Below, in pieces: positions 45,907 to 54,589 of a stretch of 64,000 nucleotides of DNA (positions within the stretch are counted from its first letter, which is position 1; every line of letters begins with the position of its first letter). The notes beneath the pieces are model-generated. The model was given only the letters and a program-made list of their open reading frames with translations, searched no databases and had not been told where the DNA came from. This DNA comes from an uncultured Gemmatimonadota bacterium (GTDB lineage: Bacteria > JAAXHH01), in assembly GCA_951812955.1 (NCBI GenBank), contig OX638340.1, positions 992,001-1,056,000 on the forward strand, read 5' to 3'. The position numbers and the translations under genes were made by a program.

Positions 45907-47463
45907 ATGAAATACCTGACCTATTCCGGTAACAACATCATCCACGCGGAACTGCCCGAAGAAGCGTCGGTCTTCTTCCCTCCGCCACCGCTCCCTGGAA
46001 TACCGAACAAGGATATACCGAACCGGGTCAGGGCGGCCTTCGAATCTCCCCTGGACATGCCGCCCCTGGAGGAACTGGTCGACGAGAAGAGCAGGATCCT
46101 CATCGCTTTCGACGACAATTGCCAGCCCTTTCCAGCTACCGCGCCGCCCGATATCCGCCAGCTCGCCATCGAGGCTCTGCTGGATATGCTCGACAGCTAC
46201 GGGGTGAAGCTGGAAAACATCGAGCTTATGTGTGCGGTCGCGCTGCATCGCAAGATGAAGGACTACGAATTGGCCGCCATGCTAGGCAAGCGCATCATGA
46301 AAACCTTCCACCCCCATCAACTGGTCAATTTCGACGCCGAGGACCCCGACGACATCGTCGTGCTGGGTACGACCGAAGAGGGAGAACCGGTGGAGACCAG
46401 CCGCAAGGTCATCGAAAGCGACCTGGTGATCTACGTGGACTCCATTCAGATTCCCCTGAACGGGGGACACAAATCCGTGGCCGTGGGTCTGGGAACGTAC
46501 AACAGCATCGCGCCGCACCACGCGCCCCAGATGACCTCTGAGAAGCCCCACGTCATGCAGCCCGAAGGTTCCGAAATGCACGGTTCAATCGAGCGCATTA
46601 GCCGCGTCATACTGAAACACACCCGCGTCATGGTCCTCGAGGCCGCCATGAACAACGCGTCCTATCCCCCGCTGATGCGCTATCTCAGCAAACCGGCGGA
46701 GCGTTGCAACCTGTTCGAGCGCGTGCTGAAGGCCACGACGCCGGCGTCCATGAAACTGTTGCCCGAATCGGTGCGATTCCAGGTATTCAAGGGCATTCAG
46801 AGCGCCTATCTTCCCGTCGAGATCAATGCCGGCTCAATCGACGCCGTCCACGAACCGACGCTGCAGACGCTGAAGGACCAGTTGCTGGTGACGACCGACC
46901 ACCAGCACGACACACTCGTATTCGGCCTGCCCGACCTCAGTCCCTACTCGGTCGGTGCGCGGATCAACCCGGTCCTGGTCCTGAGCGACGTCCTCGGATA
47001 CGTATTCAACTGGTTCTACAACAAGCCCTTCGTGAAGCCGGGAGGCGTGGTTATCATCATGAACCCGGTCTTCGAGTACTTCCATCCCGAGTACCACGTC
47101 GCCTACGAGAAGTTCTGGAACGAGGTGCTGCCCGAGACCCAGGATCCCTTCGAGATGCAATCGGCTTTCCAGGAGAAGTTCGCCCGGGATCCCCACATGA
47201 TCGACTGTTACCGGCACCGCTTCGCCCACCACGGCTTCCATCCCTTCACCGTGTGGTACTGGGCGACTTACCCGCTTAAATACCTGTCCAGGGTGATCCT
47301 GGCCGGCCCGAAAACAGACTTCGCCGCCAAGAGGCTGGGCGTTTCCTGGGCGCCGGACCTGGAGCACGCACTGGGTCAGGCCCGCGAAGTTACCGGCGGC
47401 GACGACGTGGTGGCCCTGACCATCCCGCCCTTCATGTACATGCAGGTGAATGACAAGGGTTAA
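45907..47463 (+). CDS. LarA-like protein (lactate-racemase N-terminal domain / DUF2088 family; nickel-pincer-cofactor-dependent racemase/epimerase superfamily). I prefer the ATG start at 45907.
   Basis: ~518 aa. Its overall organisation and conserved His/Lys-rich blocks (...LNGGHKSVAVGLGTYNSIAPHHAP...) are reminiscent of LarA homologues. This is recalled family resemblance, not a search. Confidence 0.4.
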   Translation: MKYLTYSGNNIIHAELPEEASVFFPPPPLPGIPNKDIPNRVRAAFESPLDMPPLEELVDEKSRILIAFDDNCQPFPATAPPDIRQLAIEALLDMLDSYGVKLENIELMCAVALHRKMKDYELAAMLGKRIMKTFHPHQLVNFDAEDPDDIVVLGTTEEGEPVETSRKVIESDLVIYVDSIQIPLNGGHKSVAVGLGTYNSIAPHHAPQMTSEKPHVMQPEGSEMHGSIERISRVILKHTRVMVLEAAMNNASYPPLMRYLSKPAERCNLFERVLKATTPASMKLLPESVRFQVFKGIQSAYLPVEINAGSIDAVHEPTLQTLKDQLLVTTDHQHDTLVFGLPDLSPYSVGARINPVLVLSDVLGYVFNWFYNKPFVKPGGVVIIMNPVFEYFHPEYHVAYEKFWNEVLPETQDPFEMQSAFQEKFARDPHMIDCYRHRFAHHGFHPFTVWYWATYPLKYLSRVILAGPKTDFAAKRLGVSWAPDLEHALGQAREVTGGDDVVALTIPPFMYMQVNDKG

Positions 47464-47485
47464 TTAAGCGCGCTAATGACAAGGA

Positions 47486-48511
47486 TTAAGAGAGCGCGCC
47501 ACGGAGTTTCCCCACCAGGTCACGGGCCGGCGCAAAGGGCAGCGTAACGACCGCCCGGCGCAACGCGCTTTCGTAAATCCCCAGGATCACGCTGAAGTCG
47601 GACAGCGCCGAATCGATGTTCAACGGGTGGACGGCCGAGTCGTCTTCGATCCAGTCGATCATGGCTTCGGTCATCGCCGCCTGGCCGCGGATGTCTTCCT
47701 CGGCGTAGACATGTTCCCCGCTTTCGTATTTGTTGTCTATCCTGGATTCCCAACCGTGCATGGTCCAATGCACGTACCCCTTGTCCCCGTACACCGCAAT
47801 ACGCTTGTGGACGTTTACCGCTCCGGCGGCGATAACGCGAGGCGCGACGGCGCCGCAGCGCAGCAGGGCGCTCACGCCGTTGTCGTAGTTGATGACTCCG
47901 GTGCAATGGTCCGGCGCGTAGTGGTGCCTGGAGGTTTCGGCCAGTCCTTCCGGGCCCGATACCTGTCCGAAGACATCGACCGGCGTCGCGCCGGTGTTGA
48001 AAGCACCTACGGCCTGCAGCGCGTGCGTCCCCTGGTAGGCCAGGTTCATCCCCGCACTGGCCTCAATGAAGCGTAGATTCCCGATTGCGCCTTCCCGCAC
48101 CTTCCGCTGAAACAGGCTCCGTCGAGGGTGAAAGTGCAACTGGTGATTGACGGCTATTTTGACCCTGGCAGACCGCGCGAAGGCCTGCATCGCCAGGAAA
48201 TCCTCTCCCTGGATGGCAACGGGTTTCTCGACCAGCACGGCCGGTATCCCCGCCGACTCCGCCGCTTCGAAGATCTCCATGCGTACCGAGGGCGGCGTGT
48301 TAACATGGACCAGGTCCGGTTTCTCCCGCTCGAACATCTCGCGGTAGTCTGTGTACCTCGCGGACACATCGAACGCCGATCCGAAGGCATCGAGCTTATC
48401 CCGCTGACGGCTCGACACGGCGGCCAGGCTTCCGCGGCTTACGTGCCGGTAGGCCTCGGCCAGTCCACGAGCCCTCCCGCCGCTGACCCCGATGATTGCG
48501 CTTTTCATCAT
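47486..48511 (-). CDS. Gfo/Idh/MocA family oxidoreductase. I use the internal ATG at 48511.
   Basis: MMKSAIIGVSGGRARGLAEAYRHV... is the Rossmann N-terminus. The rest is a Gfo/Idh/MocA C-terminal domain. Confidence 0.65.
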   Translation of the reverse strand: MMKSAIIGVSGGRARGLAEAYRHVSRGSLAAVSSRQRDKLDAFGSAFDVSARYTDYREMFEREKPDLVHVNTPPSVRMEIFEAAESAGIPAVLVEKPVAIQGEDFLAMQAFARSARVKIAVNHQLHFHPRRSLFQRKVREGAIGNLRFIEASAGMNLAYQGTHALQAVGAFNTGATPVDVFGQVSGPEGLAETSRHHYAPDHCTGVINYDNGVSALLRCGAVAPRVIAAGAVNVHKRIAVYGDKGYVHWTMHGWESRIDNKYESGEHVYAEEDIRGQAAMTEAMIDWIEDDSAVHPLNIDSALSDFSVILGIYESALRRAVVTLPFAPARDLVGKLRGALS

Positions 48512-48542
48512 ATTGATATTTGCCTCGCCTGTTCGAAATGCT

Positions 48543-48617
48543 AGGCAATGCGAGACCGGTCCAGGTAATGCGGGACCCTTCCAGGTAATGCGAGACCTAC
48601 CTCGGTAATGCGGGACC
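48543..48617. promoter_or_regulatory. Four direct repeats of GGYAATGCGRGACC at an exact 20-bp period, immediately upstream of the Gfo/Idh/MocA gene start. They form a candidate transcription-factor binding array.
   Basis: AGGCAATGCGAGACC at 48543, AGGTAATGCGGGACC at 48563, AGGTAATGCGAGACC at 48583 and CGGTAATGCGGGACC at 48603. Confidence 0.6.
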
Positions 48618-48638
48618 CGTACCGTACCCGGCCGGCCG

Positions 48639-49658
48639 TCAGGTCCATGGCCGGATGACGACTTTCCCACATTCACCGGATACCTGCGTCTCCCATGCGC
48701 GCTGTATTTCGTCTATGGAAAATACGTGCGTAATGAGTCGATCCACTTTCTTCCTGTTTCGATCAATGATGCCCATGATATCGTGGGCACCCTTCATGTT
48801 GTAATGCCAGGAACCTTTCAGATCGATGCCCTTGCGAATCATGTCGTCGCTTACGACCAGCCGGGTGTCCGCACCGCTCTCACCGACGAAGGCGAGGCTC
48901 CCTCTCCTGCGAAGTGCATCGATGCAGAATCTGTGCGCGGTCGGAGAACCTGAACAGTCCACGGCCTTGTCGACGCCGGTGCCGCCGGTCAGCTCGCGTA
49001 TGCGTTCCGCCGCGTGTTCGTCCCGTGGACAGATGACGTGCGCGGCACCCAATTCCCTTGCCTTCGCCTTCCGGTAAGGATGGGATTCCACGGCGATGAC
49101 CTCGGCGCCCATGTGACTTGCGCAGATCACGCCGCCCAGGCCTACCGGTCCCATTCCGGTTATAAGGACGGTTTCACCGCCCCTCAACCGAAGACGGTCC
49201 AGTGCGCCGTAGGTCGGTCCCAGTCCGCAGCAGGCCATGGCCCCATGCTCATAGGACATGCCTTCGGGGATTGGCGTTAAAAGCCAGTCCTGTTTGAGCA
49301 TGTACTGGGCCAGGGTCGCCTTGCCTTCGTCGCTTCCCGTGAACGCTGCGAAATCCACGACGTTTTCACAATGTATGTAGTCTCCGGAACGACACAGCGC
49401 GCATCCGCCGCACGGATACTGCGGCATGACCGCGACCCGGTCTCCTGCCCTGACAAGACCGGGCTGCGCGACTTCGACCACCTCGCCCGCCGCTTCGTGA
49501 CCGAGAAAATCCGCCCTGTGGCCGGCCGCGAAACCCTTGTACTCGGTGCAGAGCGGCGCCGCGTGTATCTTGATCGGAACCCAGTCTTCCTTTGGTTTCG
49601 GTTCGTCGGCCTCGACGGTGCCTCCGTGGTTCTTTCCGAGGATTACGGCTCTCTTCAT
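48639..49658 (-). CDS. Zinc-dependent alcohol dehydrogenase (MDR superfamily; sorbitol/threonine dehydrogenase-like). I use the internal ATG at 49658.
   Basis: Catalytic-Zn ligands GHEAAGEV and structural-Zn CGGCALCRSGDYIHC. Rossmann motif LITGMGPVGLG. Confidence 0.75.
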   Translation of the reverse strand: MKRAVILGKNHGGTVEADEPKPKEDWVPIKIHAAPLCTEYKGFAAGHRADFLGHEAAGEVVEVAQPGLVRAGDRVAVMPQYPCGGCALCRSGDYIHCENVVDFAAFTGSDEGKATLAQYMLKQDWLLTPIPEGMSYEHGAMACCGLGPTYGALDRLRLRGGETVLITGMGPVGLGGVICASHMGAEVIAVESHPYRKAKARELGAAHVICPRDEHAAERIRELTGGTGVDKAVDCSGSPTAHRFCIDALRRRGSLAFVGESGADTRLVVSDDMIRKGIDLKGSWHYNMKGAHDIMGIIDRNRKKVDRLITHVFSIDEIQRAWETQVSGECGKVVIRPWT

Positions 49659-49794
49659 CGGTAAACGTCCCCCCACGCGAAATCGGGTTACAAATCGTGG
49701 TCTGCGGCCGAACAGGTTGCGTGATGCGTAAGCCGCAATATAACGTCCGTCCGATCTTGACGCAACATACCGAAGACTGTTACTTGGTAAGTCA

Positions 49795-51042
49795 ATGAGC
49801 AGACTTTATCACAACGAATCCGGCCGTGTCATACCGGCGCTGTGCGAGGAACTTACGAGGTTCCGGCGTGCCCGCGTCATCCTGAACCTGCCGGCCACCG
49901 GTTCGGACGCGAACCTGTACGTGCTTGCCCGGCCCCATCGGACCGGCGACAACCCGCTGAACCTGTCCATCAACGGGATCCGTCAGGCTGCAATCCACGC
50001 TGGTGCGGATCTGCATTACAGATGGTATGAAGGGGTCGTAAAAGCCGGCGACCTGCGCGAAGGAGAGAACGTGGTGGCGTTATGGGCCGAGGACAGTGCG
50101 ATGACGGGTTGGTCGCTCGCGCTGGAACCCGGGGGCGCCTCATCCAGCAGTTTCCTTTCCGACGATGGGGGTACGGTCTGGCGCTCCGACCGGATGGGAT
50201 ATCTGAACGCGGTGCAGGGCAACTACTGCGTACGCATTCGCCTGATGGAAGGCCAAGACGATCCGCCTCCGGATATGGTGTGGGAGTCCCCCATTCATCC
50301 TAGGACACGGTCGCTCCACGAGCTGCTCCCGCGCCGTGCCGTTAACGCCACGGATCGGCTCACCCAGGTACGGGAACTGTCTTCCTGGCTGGCTTCGAGC
50401 TGGGAACATTCCGGGTCCCGTCGCGCGACGGTTTACGCGCCGTGGGACGCGGAGACCATACTCGCCTGGGGCGGCAGCCAGCGCGGTCACAACGACGAGC
50501 GTCCCATCGCCATGTGCGTACATTACGCGGTGGCCTTCGTCAGTGCCTGCCAGTCACTCGGCATCCCGGCGCGCTGCGCAGCGCTGACGGGCACGCCCAA
50601 CGGATATGACGGTCATTTCGTGGCGGAAGTCTGGTTCGAGGAACACCGGAAATGGGTGATGGTCGACCCGAACTGCGACGCGATCCTGTTCCGTAACGGG
50701 CAACCGCTGTCCATCGAGGAGATTCAGGAACTGGGAGGCGGACTGGAGCCTTACGTGGCATGGGGTGTCGGTACGCGGTACCAGCGGACTTTCTCCCATA
50801 TAAAAGACTTCATTCGCAACAATCTGACTAAAGGGGCGTGTTTCCGGAACAGAAGCGTCTGGCCGAGGACCGACTTCCTGTCCCGTCCCGAGTATACGCC
50901 TCCGGGCCACGGATCCGTCTCCTACTGTGAGACCGACCTGGTCTGGACGGAATCGGACGTGGAATCAGGCTTCGGAATGTTCAGGTATTTCGCGCAAAAC
51001 GACTACTTTGCCGCGCCACCCGACAGGACCGCCTATGCCTGA
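49795..51042 (+). CDS. Transglutaminase-like (papain-fold Cys-His-Asp) domain protein with a ~250-aa N-terminal domain of unknown function
   Basis: C-terminal core ...MCVHYAVAFVSACQSLGIPARCA...GHFVAEVWFEEHRKWVMVDPN... shows the Cys...His...Asp spacing of transglutaminase-like proteins. Confidence 0.55.
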   Translation: MSRLYHNESGRVIPALCEELTRFRRARVILNLPATGSDANLYVLARPHRTGDNPLNLSINGIRQAAIHAGADLHYRWYEGVVKAGDLREGENVVALWAEDSAMTGWSLALEPGGASSSSFLSDDGGTVWRSDRMGYLNAVQGNYCVRIRLMEGQDDPPPDMVWESPIHPRTRSLHELLPRRAVNATDRLTQVRELSSWLASSWEHSGSRRATVYAPWDAETILAWGGSQRGHNDERPIAMCVHYAVAFVSACQSLGIPARCAALTGTPNGYDGHFVAEVWFEEHRKWVMVDPNCDAILFRNGQPLSIEEIQELGGGLEPYVAWGVGTRYQRTFSHIKDFIRNNLTKGACFRNRSVWPRTDFLSRPEYTPPGHGSVSYCETDLVWTESDVESGFGMFRYFAQNDYFAAPPDRTAYA

Positions 51043-52048
51043 CGTGATCACGAGCGAAGAAGCGCTGATCGACCAGATGACGACCCCATCACGGCCGGTA
51101 GTCCAGGCGGTATCGGCACTGGATGGGGATGTGTTGATCCTGGGGGCCGGCGGTAAGATGGGGCCGACACTCGCGGAACTCCTCGTTAGGGCCGGCGCGC
51201 GGCGCGTGATCGGGATATCGCGGTTCAGCGACGCGAAGGTCAGGACATCCCTCGAGGAAGCGGGCGTGGAGACCATCCAGGCGGACCTGCTAAGCGAGCA
51301 AGACCTGGGCCGTCTCCCGGATGCGCCGTACGTCCTCTTACTAGCGGGATTCAAGTTCGGCGCCACGGGAAACTCGCCCATGACGTGGGCGATGAACACA
51401 TGGCTTCCCGGCCGTATCATGCAGCGGTATGCCGAATCCCGTGTAGTCTACGTCAGTTCCGGCAACGTATACGCCTATTCGCCGGTCATGGCAGGCGGTT
51501 CCGACGAGGAAGCCGAAATCGGGCCGGTGGGTGAATACGCCCAGTCCCGACTGGGTGGTGAACGCATTGCGGAGCACCTTAGCGTCGAGCAAGGCACTCC
51601 GCTGCTTATCGTGCGACTGTTTTACGCCACGGAGCTGCGCTACGGCATCATGCACGACCTGGGCCGGAAAATCCACGAAGACGTGCCGATCGACCTGGCC
51701 ATGGGTCATGTAAACCAGATCTGGCAGGGGGACGCGAACAGCTACCTTGCCCGCATGTTCCCGTTCTGCAGCAGTCCCGCCACGATCCTGAACCTGACGG
51801 GACCGGACATCCTCTCCGTTCGGTCGGTGTCCGAGATGCTTGGCCGTCGACTCGAAAGAAAGCCGCAGTTTACGGGCCACGAGAGCGAAACGGCGCTGCT
51901 TGGCGACGCCCGCAGACTTTTCGACAAGCTGGGCAAGCCTGAGATACCGGTGGAAAGGATCGCGGACTGGGTTGCCCACTGGCTCCGCACTGGTGGCCGA
52001 AGCCTGGATAAACCGACCGGCTACGAATCGCGCTCCGGACGTTTCTGA
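51035..52048 (+). CDS. NAD-dependent epimerase/dehydratase (extended SDR) family protein. Its start overlaps the previous stop (ATGCCTGA), indicating translational coupling.
   Basis: VLILGAGGKMGPTLAELL (Gly-rich NAD site), plus the YxxxK-type region VYVSSGNVYAYSP... Confidence 0.6.
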   Translation: MPDVITSEEALIDQMTTPSRPVVQAVSALDGDVLILGAGGKMGPTLAELLVRAGARRVIGISRFSDAKVRTSLEEAGVETIQADLLSEQDLGRLPDAPYVLLLAGFKFGATGNSPMTWAMNTWLPGRIMQRYAESRVVYVSSGNVYAYSPVMAGGSDEEAEIGPVGEYAQSRLGGERIAEHLSVEQGTPLLIVRLFYATELRYGIMHDLGRKIHEDVPIDLAMGHVNQIWQGDANSYLARMFPFCSSPATILNLTGPDILSVRSVSEMLGRRLERKPQFTGHESETALLGDARRLFDKLGKPEIPVERIADWVAHWLRTGGRSLDKPTGYESRSGRF

Positions 52049-52184
52049 GCGTGAGTGCCGTTTAACCAGGGAAGCGAATATGGGATCCGATTCCCCATAC
52101 CATATGGATACTCGGCCGCGGACGCCTGGCCGCGGATGCTCGGCCGCGGGATGAATTGAAAACGTACGTTTCCGGAGATTACTC

Positions 52185-53246
52185 ATGCATGACGTTATGC
52201 CCCCGGCAGTCCGGGCTGCTTTGAAACAGGGCGTGGTTATCCCGGCCCATCCCCTGGCAGTCACGGCAGACAGAATGCTGGACGAGCGCCGCCAGCGTGC
52301 GCTCACGCGGTACTACCTCGCTGCCGGTGCCGGTGGCCTTGCCGTGGGCGTTCATACGACCCAGTTCGAGATCCGGGATCCGACGTACGGACTCTACGAT
52401 CCGGTGCTGGGGCTTACCGCGGAGATCATGGACCGGGAAGCACCGGCGGATTTCATCCGGATCGCCGGGATCTGTGGACGGACGGCGCAGGCGACCGGCG
52501 AGGCGGAAACGGCAAGATCCCTTGGCTACCATGCCGGCCTGCTCAGCCTGACCGCCATGGGCGGCGCCACGGACGACGAACTTATCGCGCACTGCCGGGC
52601 CGTGGCCGACGCCATACCCGTCATGGGGTTCTACCTGCAGCCGTCTGTCGGCGGCCTGGTGCTCCCCTTCCGTTTCTGGCGGCGATTCGTGGAACTGGAA
52701 GGGGTCGTGGCCATAAAGATCGCGGCGTTCAACCGGTATCACACGCTCGACGTGCTCAGGGCACTGGCGGAATCCGGCAGGCACGAGGAGATCGCGCTCT
52801 ACACCGGAAACGACGACAACATCGTGATGGATCTCCTGACGGAGCACGCATTCCAGTGCGGAGACGCGCGCCGGTCGGTACGGTTCAGGGGCGGGCTGCT
52901 TGGTCACTGGGCTGTATGGACCCGGGGAGCTGTGGAGTTGCTGCGGGCGTGTCAGGCCGTCTCGACATCCTGCGAGGCGGTACCCCAGAACCTGCTGACC
53001 CGATCGATCGAGGTCACGGACTGCAACGCGGCATTCTTCGATCCTGCCCATGGTTTTGCCGGGTGCATCCCCGGGATTCACGAGGTGCTGCGCAGGCAGG
53101 GACTGCTCGAAGGCAACTGGTGCTTAAATCCCGAAGAGACCCTTTCGCCCGGCCAGTACGAGGAGATAGACCGGGTTTACCGCGCTTATCCCCATCTGAA
53201 CGACGACGCGTTCGTCGCAGAACACCGGGACGACTGGCTCAGATGA
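52185..53246 (+). CDS. Dihydrodipicolinate synthase / N-acetylneuraminate lyase (DapA) family protein. It is probably a 2-keto-3-deoxy-acid aldolase or dehydratase.
   Basis: 353 aa TIM barrel. ...VVAIKIAAFNRYH... places a Schiff-base-type Lys in the expected context. Confidence 0.6.
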   Translation: MHDVMPPAVRAALKQGVVIPAHPLAVTADRMLDERRQRALTRYYLAAGAGGLAVGVHTTQFEIRDPTYGLYDPVLGLTAEIMDREAPADFIRIAGICGRTAQATGEAETARSLGYHAGLLSLTAMGGATDDELIAHCRAVADAIPVMGFYLQPSVGGLVLPFRFWRRFVELEGVVAIKIAAFNRYHTLDVLRALAESGRHEEIALYTGNDDNIVMDLLTEHAFQCGDARRSVRFRGGLLGHWAVWTRGAVELLRACQAVSTSCEAVPQNLLTRSIEVTDCNAAFFDPAHGFAGCIPGIHEVLRRQGLLEGNWCLNPEETLSPGQYEEIDRVYRAYPHLNDDAFVAEHRDDWLR

Positions 53247-53308
53247 ATGCACAGTAGAAAACCTCATCCGCATGACGGATGCTTGAACCGCCGGAAACGG
53301 AGCAGAAC

Positions 53309-54427
53309 ATGAAGATAACCCGCATTGAAACCATTCCTGTCGAAGTGCCACTCAAGCAGGGCATGACCACGAAAACCGCTCACGGCGAACATATCGTCTC
53401 CCCTTACGTCATACTCAGGGTGCATACGGACGAGGGGCTGACCGGGTTGGGCGAAGCCACGGTCGCGCCGCGCTGGAGCGGAGAAACGTCCGCGTCCTGT
53501 ACAGCTGCGATCCGGGATCTGGTGGATCCCGCGCTGAAGGGGGAGGATCCGGCTGACGTGAACCGGCTTTGCGGAGTCATGGACGAGGTCGTCAAGCTGA
53601 ACCCCTTCACCAAGGCGGGCGTGGAGATGGCCCTTTGGGACCTGGCGGGCAAGCATGCGGGGAAGCCTCTCTATCAATTGCTGGGCGGAAAGGTCCGGCA
53701 AGAGATTCCAATGAAGATGGTGGTCGGCGCCTTTGACGTGCCGACTTCGGTTGCCCTGGCGGAGAAATTCCTGCAGTGGGGTGTGCAGTGTCTCAAGGTC
53801 AAAGTCGGGCTGGATCCCGGGGAGGATCTCGAACGCGTCCGCGCGGTCCGCGCGCTGGCCGGCCCCGACATCCGTATGAGCATCGACGCGAATTGCGGGT
53901 GGCCGCCGGCCGTTGCGCGACGCATGTTGCATCTCCTCGAGCCATTGGACATCCTGTTCGCAGAGCAGCCCATGGCACCGCAGTTCGACGATGAAGCGGC
54001 CCTGATCAGAACGGGCACGACCATCCCCATCATGGCCGACGAGAGCGTCTTCACCCCGCACGACGCCATGCAGACCGCACTGCGCCGATCGGCGGACATC
54101 ATCAGCGTATATCCGGGCAAGAACGGAGGGATCGGACAGACGCTGGGCATCTCGCACGTGGCCAGCGCGGCGGGACTGCGCTGTCACATGGGCAGCAATC
54201 TCGAGTTGGGGATCGCCACGGCGGCCATGCTCCACGTGGCGGCCAGCGTGGAACCCATCGACAGTGAGACCTATCCCGGCGACCTGCTCGGTCCGCTGTA
54301 CCACGAAGGCGATATGATCGAGACGCCGCTGGAACTCGGCCCCGTCCATGCGAGCGTACCCGAAGGACCCGGTCTCGGAGTCACCCTGGATGAAGCACAG
54401 ATCGAACGCTGGAAAGACGCGTCATGA
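53309..54427 (+). CDS. Enolase-superfamily MR/MLE enzyme (muconate cycloisomerase / dipeptide epimerase / sugar-acid dehydratase-like)
   Basis: MKITRIETIPVEVPLKQGMTTKTAHGEH... is the capping domain. Barrel metal ligands are spaced as in MR/MLE enzymes (...SIDANCGW...ILFAEQP...IMADES...). Confidence 0.7.
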   Translation: MKITRIETIPVEVPLKQGMTTKTAHGEHIVSPYVILRVHTDEGLTGLGEATVAPRWSGETSASCTAAIRDLVDPALKGEDPADVNRLCGVMDEVVKLNPFTKAGVEMALWDLAGKHAGKPLYQLLGGKVRQEIPMKMVVGAFDVPTSVALAEKFLQWGVQCLKVKVGLDPGEDLERVRAVRALAGPDIRMSIDANCGWPPAVARRMLHLLEPLDILFAEQPMAPQFDDEAALIRTGTTIPIMADESVFTPHDAMQTALRRSADIISVYPGKNGGIGQTLGISHVASAAGLRCHMGSNLELGIATAAMLHVAASVEPIDSETYPGDLLGPLYHEGDMIETPLELGPVHASVPEGPGLGVTLDEAQIERWKDAS

Positions 54428-54520
54428 CCGGCTGTTCGAACGGAATCCCACCCATGACCGGATCCGCATGCATGACCGGAATCCCACCTATGACCGGATC
54501 CACACGCATGACCGTTACGC
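54424..54520. repeat. Intergenic tandem repeat. Two ~36-bp units (GGAATCCCACCYATGACCGGATCCRCAYGCATGACC) are present. Embedded in them, ATGACCG(G) recurs five times at 30, 18, 18 and 17-bp spacing. The array lies directly upstream of a Gfo/Idh/MocA gene.
   Basis: ATGACCG at 54424, 54454, 54472, 54490 and 54507. Confidence 0.6.
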
Positions 54521-54589
54521 GCGGCACGATACACAGTTACGAGCATAGCGCCAACCTAGAAGCAGTACCAAACTACAGAAAGGACAGCC

